From Candidatus Poribacteria bacterium (GTDB taxonomy: Bacteria > Poribacteria > WGA-4E > WGA-3G), in NCBI GenBank assembly GCA_963663765.2, contig CAXXUA010000005.1, positions 160,001 through 224,000 of the forward strand: a stretch of DNA of 64,000 nt, read 5' to 3'. Of this stretch, positions 1-8,992 are shown in pieces. A program made the position numbers and the translations under genes. The first letter of the stretch is position 1; each line of letters opens with the position of its first letter. The notes beneath the pieces are model-generated. The model had not been told where the DNA came from. It did no database searches and saw only the letters and a program-made list of their open reading frames with translations.

Positions 1-1048
1 CTATTTTTTCGCCATCAGGACTTCGCGTGTTTCCTGCGTAATCACCAAAATCGCTGCTTGCTGTCACCCCAAGAAATTCTACACCTGGAACATCAATCGT
101 CTCAAATGTAAAGTTTAGGTCAGGAGGAGGTCTCACAGCAGTCGGTTGTAAAGGTCTGGCAATAAATCCGTGTGTACGTCCATCGGCTGAGGTATAGTGT
201 CCTACGACAGAACTATCCTGATTGATATTCCACCCTTCCGTACTAACGCTATCCGGAACCTTAAATTCTTGTAGAGCGACGGGGTTACCGACAAAGGTTA
301 GCGGGACACCGTCGACTGCTTTCGCTCTGCCGACGGCAACCAGAGCATCGTTGATACCGTGCAGAAAGAAGTATTCCATATTTGGTATTACTGGAATACC
401 CAGAGTTGCAAAACTACCTCCGGGTCCACGCAAGTATGCATGGTATGTACCTTCAGCATCCACGTAACTCCCCACGATATTATCCAATCCGCTAACAAAA
501 TCGGCATAAGTTTCCGTTGCCCCCGGAAACTCAACGATTGTATCTCCTGAGAATCCACGACGAACACCAGACACATCCGTAAAATTACCTGTCAATGCCT
601 CGCTTGAATCACTAAAGCCGTAGATCTCCGTTTGAACAGAGTTCGGGAAATCGTATTGACGCAGTTCGTCATCTTCCAAAATGACACCGTGGAAAAGACC
701 ATCGCTATCCTCGTAGTGTCCCGCAGCGAGTCCATTATTACCGAGTGCGTAGAAATAAGTGTTCTGTGAGTCGGGAAAGTCATAAGTTGTAAAAACACCA
801 TCAATGAGCGTAAAAGCGACGTACTTTTCACCATCAACACTCTTTGTGTAACCTGCGTAATCCTCATAGTCACTGCTTGCAGTCAATGCTAAGAATTCTA
901 CACCTGGAACATCAATCGTCTCAAAAGTATAGTTAGCATTTGCGGGTGCGATAACTTGTGCGTCGATGCTTTGTAGGAAATAGGAATTAAGGCACATAGA
1001 CATCGTAAACATGAAAAACAAAAAACTGGTCTTATTTTGTGCATGCAA
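1..1048 (-). CDS. Partial secreted beta-repeat protein, paralog of 1687..4383 (runs off the window start)
   Basis: Manual translation from TTG at 1048 after GAGGT RBS gives MHAQNKTSFLFFMFTMSMCLNSYFLQSIDAQVIAPANANYTFETIDVPGVEFLALTASSDYEDYAGY, matching the repeat unit of the neighbouring gene. Absent from the ORF track because it has no stop in the window. Confidence 0.85.
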   Translation of the reverse strand, partial: MHAQNKTSFLFFMFTMSMCLNSYFLQSIDAQVIAPANANYTFETIDVPGVEFLALTASSDYEDYAGYTKSVDGEKYVAFTLIDGVFTTYDFPDSQNTYFYALGNNGLAAGHYEDSDGLFHGVILEDDELRQYDFPNSVQTEIYGFSDSSEALTGNFTDVSGVRRGFSGDTIVEFPGATETYADFVSGLDNIVGSYVDAEGTYHAYLRGPGGSFATLGIPVIPNMEYFFLHGINDALVAVGRAKAVDGVPLTFVGNPVALQEFKVPDSVSTEGWNINQDSSVVGHYTSADGRTHGFIARPLQPTAVRPPPDLNFTFETIDVPGVEFLGVTASSDFGDYAGNTRSPDGEKI

Positions 1049-1247
1049 AATGATACCTCACTTCTTAAAGTTTTCTTAACAATAGGAATAATATTATAAA
1101 TGCCCACCCTATGCAATGATTCTTGTAGATGAAGAATTGCAAATGTGCATCCCACCATACTGTAAAAAACGAGGACTGACATAATCTGTTATATTCAGTT
1201 ATCCATAAAGTATGCCACATTTTTCTTAGAAAGCCAAGGACAATCTC

Positions 1248-1484
1248 CAGGGTTATTTAGTTTTAAGAATTATCAGTTGATGGGTGTTACTTTGAGTTTA
1301 TATCGTAGGTCCAATCAACGGTATGAATGCCTTATTGGCATTCCCGAGGTAGAGCGTATGCGAAACCCGACATGTATTGATTTTGTCTATCATGTCGTGT
1401 TTCACTCACGCTCTACCCGACCTACGAAATTAATTCCCGAATGTTATAAATATCTGCCAAAATATCTAAAACTAAATAACCCTG
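1248..1484. mobile_element. MITE-like element, TIR CAGGGTTATTTAGTTTT, 8-bp target duplication ACAATCTC
   Basis: Inverted ends at 1248-1264 and 1468-1484; ACAATCTC at 1240-1247 and 1485-1492; no credible coding content. Confidence 0.75.
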
Positions 1485-1621
1485 ACAATCTCAGTAACCG
1501 ATTTCATTTTTTCTTGATTTCTTTTCATTGGATATTTGTACTCTAAAAGAAAAACAGATTGTCACATGTTGCAAGGGAAGGTAATTCAACAGGTTTGGGA
1601 ATATACTTCTTTTTTAGGTTT

Positions 1622-1662
1622 AAAAAAGTGTCACAGTTACGCCGATAGCATAACTGTGACGC
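1622..1662 (-). terminator. Rho-independent terminator after the 898-aa gene
   Basis: GTCACAGTTA/TAACTGTGAC stem followed on the minus strand by a T6 run. Confidence 0.65.
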
Positions 1663-1686
1663 CAATAAGTTCGATACGGATTGACA

Positions 1687-4383
1687 CTACTTCAAGATGA
1701 CGAGTCGTCGTGTCTTGTGGAAAGATGGAGTCTCTAACTTGTAAAAATAGACACCACTTGCGACTCTTTCACCTGAAGCATTCTTGCCATCCCAATAAAC
1801 AGCGTTCCCACGACTTTGATAGAAACCTGCCGATTGGTGACCAAGCGAAAATTCTCTGACAGATTTCCCCGCAGCGTCATAAATGGATAGAGACACTACA
1901 CCCGCTTTTGCAAGATGATACGGGATCCATGTTTCAGGATTAAACGGGTTCGGATAATTTTGCAGAAGTTGACTCTGCTTCGGAGTACCGATACTATCAA
2001 GTTTCACATTCATAACAGCGCTTTCAAGATGCGTTGCATTTACAGTGTAACTATATTTTTCTGAAACTATATTTCCATTCATATCTGAGACGGTTATTTC
2101 AAGCTTGTCACCGACTTCAACAACACTACGATAACTGAGATCTGCTGTGGCAGCAGCGAAGTAATTACTCCGTACCTGAGATGTCATGACAGTGTCTGTC
2201 CGCAGGTTTCTGACCTTGACGGTGTAACCAATAGCAGACTGGATACCATCTAAGTTACCACTAACAACGAATGCCCACGCATTTCGTAAAGTATTCTTGG
2301 CTATTGAAGGTGCTGCTGCGACCTGCGGTCGATCTATCCATCGTGATCCAACGAATGCAAAATTCCGATCTTCGGGAACGTTGACGATGTAACCTTGACC
2401 GCCCTCAATTTTAAAACCCGCATCGGGGGCACTTGGAGTCCAACCAACAAAACGCTGGTTTGCAGCATCAAGTCTGATAATCGTTGTTGCACCTGTTAAT
2501 GCTACAAGGCTCTTGGCACTCATCGGTGTTGGTGGTGCCAATGGCACAGACATCATGTTCAAACCTTTCGTCAGTGAAACATTAAAAACATTACCAAAGA
2601 AATCACTCACTGCCTCGGTCGCAGGTCTTGCGATAAACCCGTGTCTACGACCATCCGCTGATATATAATTCCCAACGATAGATCCATCCTGATTGATATT
2701 CCAACCTTCCGTGCTAACACTACCCGGGAATTGTAATTCTTGTAACCCATGCTGGACTGTGCCAACATAAGTACGCGTAATCTCATCTACCTTTTTGGCT
2801 CGACCAACGAGAGTTCCAACATCATTGATACCGTGAATAAAATAGAATTCAAACTTTGCTGCTTGTGGAAGGTCAATAGACAAAAACCTACCTTCAGCTG
2901 TCCGCGTGTATGGATGGTATATACCGTCAGCATCAATGTAGCTGCCCACCATACGACCACTTGCGTTTACAAAATCAGCGTACGTTTCCGGTGCATCTGT
3001 AAACTCAACGATTGTGTCCCCTGAGAATCCACGACGAATGCCAGAAGCATCTATATAATTACCCGTGAGTGCACCTGTCGTATCACTAATACCATAGATT
3101 TCTGTTTGGACGGCACCCGGAAAATCGTATTCGCGCAATTCACCATTTTCCAATACGACACCATGATACAGACCTTCACTATCTTCATAGTGTCCTGCAG
3201 CTTGCCCGTTATTACCGAGCGCATAGAAATACGTATTCTTAGAACCAGGAAAATCATAAGTCTTAAAAACCCCATCAATGAGCGTAAAACCTACAATTTT
3301 CTCACCTTCAGCACTCCATGTGTTACCCGCATAGTCCTCAAAGTCACTACTTGCGGTCAACTCTAAAGTCTCTACACCTGGAACATTGATACTCTCAAAA
3401 GTATACCTGGGAATAGCAGGTACGACAACGGGTTCTTCTATGTCTGTTACGGGTCTTGCAATGAAACCGTGTCTACTTCCGTCCGCTGTGTCATAGTGGC
3501 CGACAATAGAGCCATCCTGATTGATATTATACCCCTCCGTGCTAACGCTGCCCGGTACCTCGAATTCCTTTAAACCGTCCCTGAACGTTCCAACAAAAGT
3601 TTGTGGTACATCATCTATAGGTTTTGCTCGTGCAACAACGATATTTTCATCGTTGATACCATGCACAAAAAAGTATTCCAGTTGCGCTGCTCTTGGAAGG
3701 TCAATAGATACAAACCTACCAGTCGGGGTACGGACATAAGGATGAAATATACCGTCAGCATCAACATAACTACCCACCATACCACCACTTGAATTCACAA
3801 AATCGGCATAAGTTTCAATTGCTCCAGGATACTCAACAATAGTATCCCCTGAGAATCCACGACGAATACCAGAAGCATCTATATAATTACCCGTTAACGC
3901 ACCTGTCGCATCACTAATACCGAAGATTTCTGTTTGGACAGCACCCGGAAAATCGTATTGACGCAACTCACCATTTTCTAAGACGACACCATGGAACAGT
4001 CCTTCGCTATCTTCATAGTGTCCAGCAGCATTCCCGTTGTTTCCGACCGCATAGAAATATGTATTCTTCGCTCCTTGGAAATCATACGTCGTAAAAACCC
4101 CATCAATCAGCGTAAAAGCGACTTCTTTTTCACTATCAGCATTTCGCGTGTAACCCGCGTAATCCTCAAAATCACTACTCGCAGTCACCGCTAAAAAATC
4201 TACACCTGGAACATCAATTGTCTCAAAATTATAGTCCTCATCGACAGATATGAGAACAGGTACTGGAACGTCTTGTGCATCAACATTCGCTATGAACAAG
4301 GAAGTATTGCACATAAACAATGTAAACACACAAAACATAATATTTTTTCTAAACCTAATTTGCATAACTGATATATCCTCCAT
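1687..4383 (-). CDS. Secreted protein with two ~285-aa beta-rich tandem repeats and a C-terminal FlgD-Ig/T9SS-type sorting-like domain
   Basis: Signal peptide; duplicated 'FETIDVPGV..L..TASSDFEDYAG' modules; C-terminal LLQNYPNPFNPETWIPY..YWDGKN..GE.VASGVYFY. Confidence 0.85.
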   Translation of the reverse strand: MEDISVMQIRFRKNIMFCVFTLFMCNTSLFIANVDAQDVPVPVLISVDEDYNFETIDVPGVDFLAVTASSDFEDYAGYTRNADSEKEVAFTLIDGVFTTYDFQGAKNTYFYAVGNNGNAAGHYEDSEGLFHGVVLENGELRQYDFPGAVQTEIFGISDATGALTGNYIDASGIRRGFSGDTIVEYPGAIETYADFVNSSGGMVGSYVDADGIFHPYVRTPTGRFVSIDLPRAAQLEYFFVHGINDENIVVARAKPIDDVPQTFVGTFRDGLKEFEVPGSVSTEGYNINQDGSIVGHYDTADGSRHGFIARPVTDIEEPVVVPAIPRYTFESINVPGVETLELTASSDFEDYAGNTWSAEGEKIVGFTLIDGVFKTYDFPGSKNTYFYALGNNGQAAGHYEDSEGLYHGVVLENGELREYDFPGAVQTEIYGISDTTGALTGNYIDASGIRRGFSGDTIVEFTDAPETYADFVNASGRMVGSYIDADGIYHPYTRTAEGRFLSIDLPQAAKFEFYFIHGINDVGTLVGRAKKVDEITRTYVGTVQHGLQELQFPGSVSTEGWNINQDGSIVGNYISADGRRHGFIARPATEAVSDFFGNVFNVSLTKGLNMMSVPLAPPTPMSAKSLVALTGATTIIRLDAANQRFVGWTPSAPDAGFKIEGGQGYIVNVPEDRNFAFVGSRWIDRPQVAAAPSIAKNTLRNAWAFVVSGNLDGIQSAIGYTVKVRNLRTDTVMTSQVRSNYFAAATADLSYRSVVEVGDKLEITVSDMNGNIVSEKYSYTVNATHLESAVMNVKLDSIGTPKQSQLLQNYPNPFNPETWIPYHLAKAGVVSLSIYDAAGKSVREFSLGHQSAGFYQSRGNAVYWDGKNASGERVASGVYFYKLETPSFHKTRRLVILK

Positions 4384-4563
4384 GGAAAATAGTAAAAGAT
4401 ATTACTATTTTCCAAATACCCATCCGTATAGTGATGTTTTCGTCTAACAATATCGTAAAATCAAAGACTGAATATTCTGGTACATTCTTACGTTCTTACA
4501 TTCTTACCTGTATATTGAAAGTATACAGCATTCGTTAAATTATGCAAGATAAATCTTTTCTTT

Positions 4564-4819
4564 CAGGGATATTCAGTTCTAAGAGTTTTCTGTTATTGAG
4601 ATTTACTGAAAGTTAATACCCAGATTCGGTTTCCTAACCGAACTTTATACATCAATTTTAGATTGTTGAAACATGAACATCGCTCTTTAGTCCCGACAAA
4701 TGCCATACGCGCATTTGGCGTTGATTTAGTAGGAACTAAAAACATGGACAAGATGGTATCACATAAATTTAATGACATAGCAAAATATTATCAATAATAT
4801 TGAAAACTGAATAACCCTA
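4564..4819. mobile_element. MITE-like element of the CAGGGTTATT family, 9-bp target duplication CTTTTCTTT
   Basis: CAGGGATATTCAGTT ... AAAACTGAATAACCCTA ends; CTTTTCTTT at 4555-4563 and 4820-4828. Confidence 0.65.
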
Positions 4820-4838
4820 CTTTTCTTTGTCCTTGAAT

Positions 4839-5054
4839 TATAGTGAATTGTGAAAATAATTATACATTGTAGTTAACTGCTTTGGTAGACATGCTACTTA
4901 TTTCCCCTCTTGTATTCAGTAGGAGCGATCCGCCGAATGCCCTACGCACATTCGGCGTTGATTCCTGGGAATGCCATTGGGCAAATGCGTTTATGGTATT
5001 CACCGAGTCGCTCCTATCTGTACAAGTGCGTAATTAATTCCATAATTGACCATA
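4839..5054. repeat. Inverted-end element (TATRGTG...AATTACAC family) wrapping a GTAG-REP-like palindrome
   Basis: Ends similar to 8655-8793, 13754-13891 and 18886-19022; internal GTAGGAGCGA...TCGCTCCTA. Confidence 0.6.
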
Positions 5055-5116
5055 ATATTAATTCCAAATGCTAATACATTCTAACCTTACCAAAAAGAAT
5101 GTATTTGTGGGAATTA

Positions 5117-6154
5117 CTACAGTTTCTCTCGGAGTAAATCCATTAGCCCATCTGGTGGGTCAAACGGAAGATCAATAATCTCGTTAGTTATGCCACTATA
5201 GTAAATGCCTAATAGCAAGTTAAACTCAGCAAGCGATTGTTTGAGATGTGTTGGATGTTCGTTTTTCTCATCATCAAGCCAGTCAAAGGCTGCTTCTGTA
5301 AGGTTACCTTGTGCTTGAATATCCTGCTCACCATAGTTGAGTGGACCACCCTCGTAACCTCCTTCATGCGTCGAACGTTCCCAACTGCTGAATCGCCAGT
5401 GTACAAAACCTTTGGTGCCGACAACAAAAACACGTTTATGTGTTACTGTGCCGCCACCCTCTGAGGCTAACGTCCCCATACCTGTGCCAAACGCAAGTGA
5501 AACGTGCAAACCATTATCGTATATTGCCTGACCCGCAGCGTGCATCGGAGATGGCTGTGCTGAATCTAATTGTTGTTTCCCCGCAATTTGGCCTAACACA
5601 CGCGTTGGACGCGAGTTATCAATGTAAGACGAAACTAATTGCAATACATGCGGTGCTTGGTCAACTGGTGTGCTCCGAGCACTGGCATCAATTAACTTGA
5701 TTTCACCAATTTTACCTTCTGCTACATCCCGCTTCAATTCAAGGTTTTTCGGGTGAAAATTTAGTTGTGTATTGACAATAAACCTTGTTTTTGTCTCTTC
5801 TGCTAATCCAGCGATCTGTTTCCAGTCTTCGCTTTCAACAGCAATCGGTTTCTCTACAATTGCCATCGGTACGCCATGATCAGAGGCTTGCTTCATCAAT
5901 GGATATCGGATACGTTGATTGGTACCACGTAACACTGGGGCAGTAACAATGTGGAGAAGATCCGGCTTCTCTTTCTCAAGCATCTCATCTAAATCTGTAT
6001 ACCGTGAAGATACATCAAATTGTTCACCGAAACTATTGAGTAGGTCTTCGTTCATATCACAGATCGCTCCGATTTTACCGCCTTTGACAAAGCGGTACGC
6101 GCTTGCATGCGCGCGGGCACGACCACCACAACCTAAAAATGCACTCTTATACAT
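5117..6154 (-). CDS. Gfo/Idh/MocA family oxidoreductase (paralog 3 of 3)
   Basis: N-terminal Rossmann LGCGGRA and EKP motif; 345 aa. Confidence 0.9.
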   Translation of the reverse strand: MYKSAFLGCGGRARAHASAYRFVKGGKIGAICDMNEDLLNSFGEQFDVSSRYTDLDEMLEKEKPDLLHIVTAPVLRGTNQRIRYPLMKQASDHGVPMAIVEKPIAVESEDWKQIAGLAEETKTRFIVNTQLNFHPKNLELKRDVAEGKIGEIKLIDASARSTPVDQAPHVLQLVSSYIDNSRPTRVLGQIAGKQQLDSAQPSPMHAAGQAIYDNGLHVSLAFGTGMGTLASEGGGTVTHKRVFVVGTKGFVHWRFSSWERSTHEGGYEGGPLNYGEQDIQAQGNLTEAAFDWLDDEKNEHPTHLKQSLAEFNLLLGIYYSGITNEIIDLPFDPPDGLMDLLREKL

Positions 6155-6177
6155 AAAATTATCTCCTTATTTTTTAT

Positions 6178-6298
6178 CAGGACTTACGCACACAACGTTA
6201 GGCGAGCTTTGTAAGCGCGCTGGAAACCTAAATAATGCTGAAATTACTTCATTTTCAGCACAATTCTTGATTAAATCATGAAAACTGTGTAAGTCCTG
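6178..6298. mobile_element. MITE-like element, TIR CAGGACTTACGCA family
   Basis: CAGGACTTACGCA ... TGTGTAAGTCCTG; body similar to copies at 21675, 37005, 43715, 55898 and 56281. Confidence 0.7.
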
Positions 6299-6419
6299 AT
6301 TTAATATTATCATTACATTACTATTATTCGTAAGTTTACAATTCATACTTATTTAGCAGAATTGAAAATATATTTGCGGCTACCGTTAAACTTTCTATAT
6401 GACAAATTAAAGACTGAAT

Positions 6420-7457
6420 TTATAACTTTTCCTTAAGTAAATTAATTAACCCATCGGGTGGATCAAACGGAAGATCGATAATTTCATTCGTAATACCACT
6501 ATAGTAGATACCCAAAAGAAGGTTGAACTCTGCAAGCGATTGTTTGAGATGTGTCGGATGTACTTTGCTTTCATCGTCGAGCCAATCAAAAACTGCCTCC
6601 GTAAGGTTTCCTTGTCCCTGAACATCCTGATCACCATAACTCAGATGACCGCTTTCGTATCCGCCTTCAAACGTAGAACGTTCCCAGATGCTAAAACCCC
6701 AATGTACAAAACCTTTCGTACCAACAACAAAGACACGTTTATGTCTAAATCTCGCAGGGCTTTCTGAGACTTTCGCCCCCATACCTGGTCCAAAAGCAAA
6801 GGAAACATGAAGTCCATTATCATATATTACCTGAGCTGCAGCATGCATCGGTGATGGTTCTGCTGAATCCAAATTTTCTCTACCAGAGATTTGCCCGAGA
6901 ACTTTCACCGGTCGCGAGTTATCAATGTAAGAGGATACCAGTTGAATTACGTGTGGTCCTTGGTTAACCGGTGTACTGCGTGCGCTTGCATCAATGAACT
7001 TCAGATCACCAATCTTACCTTCAGCGACATCTTGTTTGAGTTCAAGGTTTTTTGGATGGAAGTTCAGTTGTGTGTTCACAACAAATTTTGTTTTGGTTTC
7101 ATCTGCTAACCCAGCAATCTGTTTCCAGTCATCGCTATCAACAGCAATGGGTTTCTCTACAATTACTGCTGGTACGCCGTGATCCGATGCCCGTTTCATT
7201 AACGGATATCGAATGTGCTGATTCGTCCCGCGTAATAATGGTGCAGTGACAATATGGAGAAGATCCGGTTTTTCCTTCTCAAGCATCTCGTCTAAATCTG
7301 TATATCGAGAAGAAATCTCAAATCTATCACCAAAGTTATTGAGACGTTCTTCATTCATATCGCAGATCGCTGCAAGCTTACCACCTTTTACAAAACGATA
7401 AGCACTCGCATGACCTTTGGCCCGTCCTCCGCACCCTAAAATCGCACTTTTATACAT
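6420..7457 (-). CDS. Gfo/Idh/MocA family oxidoreductase (paralog 2 of 3)
   Basis: LGCGGRA and EKP motifs; 345 aa, colinear with its neighbours. Confidence 0.9.
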   Translation of the reverse strand: MYKSAILGCGGRAKGHASAYRFVKGGKLAAICDMNEERLNNFGDRFEISSRYTDLDEMLEKEKPDLLHIVTAPLLRGTNQHIRYPLMKRASDHGVPAVIVEKPIAVDSDDWKQIAGLADETKTKFVVNTQLNFHPKNLELKQDVAEGKIGDLKFIDASARSTPVNQGPHVIQLVSSYIDNSRPVKVLGQISGRENLDSAEPSPMHAAAQVIYDNGLHVSFAFGPGMGAKVSESPARFRHKRVFVVGTKGFVHWGFSIWERSTFEGGYESGHLSYGDQDVQGQGNLTEAVFDWLDDESKVHPTHLKQSLAEFNLLLGIYYSGITNEIIDLPFDPPDGLINLLKEKL

Positions 7458-7588
7458 AGAATTGGCTCCTGATACATTTAAGTACTATCCACGCAAATCT
7501 TCCACAAACCACATATAACAATTAGCAGTAGTGGCAAACATATTCGCAGCTTCCGCTAAAAATTACATCAGACGCATCTAAAGTCGGT

Positions 7589-8626
7589 TTATAAGTTCTC
7601 TCTTAGTGAATCCATTAGTCCATTTGGTGGATCAAACGGAAGGTCAATAATTTGATTAGTTACACCGCTGTAGTACATACCTAAGAGAAGGTTGAACTCT
7701 GCAAGTGACTGTTTGAGATGTGTCGGATGAACATTATTCTCATCATCAAGCCAATCAAAGACAGCTTCAGTGAGGTTGCCTTGTGCTTGAACATCTTGTT
7801 CCCCATAGTTGAGTGGACCACCTTCATAACCGCCCTTTTGTGTAGAACGTTCCCAACTGCTAAAACGCCAATGCACGAAGCCTTCTGTTCCAATGACAAA
7901 AACGCGTTTATGGCAATAAATACCTTGATTGTCGGATGCCATCGTACCCATGCCCTGACCAAATGCCAGAGAGACATGAAGTCCATTTTCATAAATAACT
8001 TGTGCCGCCGCATGCATAGGAGAAGGTTGGGCAGAGTCCAAATGCTCCCTTCCTGAAACCTGTCCTAATACACTCACAGGTCTGGAATTATCAATATAGG
8101 AAGAAACTAACTGCAGAACATGTGGTCCCTGATCCACTGGTGTGCTCCGAGCACTGGCATCAATGAACTTAATCTCACCTATTTTGCCTTCCGAAACATC
8201 TCTCTTTAGCTCAAGATTCTGCGGATGAAAATTCAACTGTGTGTTAACAACAAACTTCGTTTTGGTTTCTTCTGCTAACCCTGCAATCTGCTTCCAGTCT
8301 TCACTTTCAACGGCAATCGGCTTTTCCACAATTGCAGCAGGCACACCGTGGTCTGATGCTCGTTTCATCAATGAGTACCGAATTCGTTCATTAGACCCGC
8401 GTAACACAGGGGCAGTCACAATATGGAGAAGATCAGGCTTCTCCTTCTCAAGCATCTCGTCTAAATCTGTATACCGAGAAGACACCTCAAATCTATCACC
8501 AAAATTATTGAGACGTTCTTCGTTCATATCACAGATCGCTGCGAGCTTACCACCTTTAACAAAGCGATAGGCACTGGCATGCCCACCTGCGCGACCACCG
8601 CACCCTAACATCGCACTTTTATACAT
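7589..8626 (-). CDS. Gfo/Idh/MocA family oxidoreductase (paralog 1 of 3)
   Basis: LGCGGRA and EKP motifs; 345 aa. Confidence 0.9.
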   Translation of the reverse strand: MYKSAMLGCGGRAGGHASAYRFVKGGKLAAICDMNEERLNNFGDRFEVSSRYTDLDEMLEKEKPDLLHIVTAPVLRGSNERIRYSLMKRASDHGVPAAIVEKPIAVESEDWKQIAGLAEETKTKFVVNTQLNFHPQNLELKRDVSEGKIGEIKFIDASARSTPVDQGPHVLQLVSSYIDNSRPVSVLGQVSGREHLDSAQPSPMHAAAQVIYENGLHVSLAFGQGMGTMASDNQGIYCHKRVFVIGTEGFVHWRFSSWERSTQKGGYEGGPLNYGEQDVQAQGNLTEAVFDWLDDENNVHPTHLKQSLAEFNLLLGMYYSGVTNQIIDLPFDPPNGLMDSLRENL

Positions 8627-8654
8627 AAAATATCTCCAAAATTAGAAAAGTATT

Positions 8655-8793
8655 TATGGTAGATTATGGAATTAATTACACACTCGCGTTGGTAGGAGCG
8701 ACCTCCCGGTCGCGACCGTTCCTCACATTGGTAGGAGCGACCGGGAGGTCGCTCCTACCTGTGCGAGTATAATTATTTTCATATCACACCATA
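8655..8793. repeat. Inverted-end element wrapping a GTAG-REP doublet
   Basis: TATGGTAGATTATGGAATTAATTACACACT left end and a related inverted right end; internal GTAGGAGCGACC...GGTCGCTCCTAC palindromes. Confidence 0.65.
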
Positions 8794-8992
8794 GTTTGCT
8801 ATAAGATTAACAGAAAGATGTGTTTTTGTCAAATTTTATTAATTCTTTAACTTCATTAATAAAATTTGCATTGATAATTTTCACGAAAACATGTTAACAT
8901 ATTGACTAACAAGCAATTTCTGTATGTTAAACATTCTTGAAAAAGTGTACCTGTTTCTTACCACTTTCCGCTTACATTTTCGGTATAATCCT

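Noticed and set aside
1201-1220. Possible sigma54 promoter for the partial gene (TGGCAT-N5-ATGGA)
   Set aside because: The -12 GC dinucleotide is missing.
1277-1546. Short ORFs inside MITE-like repeats (also 4593, 13753, 21607, 35045, 56277, 56431, 61003)
   Set aside because: They are translations of non-coding repeat families; shared peptides such as NQRYECL reflect the GAATGCC module.
8924-8992. Track start of the STAND gene
   Set aside because: The extra 23 residues precede the nuclease-like domain and look non-conserved, so ATG 8993 is preferred, although neither start has a strong RBS.
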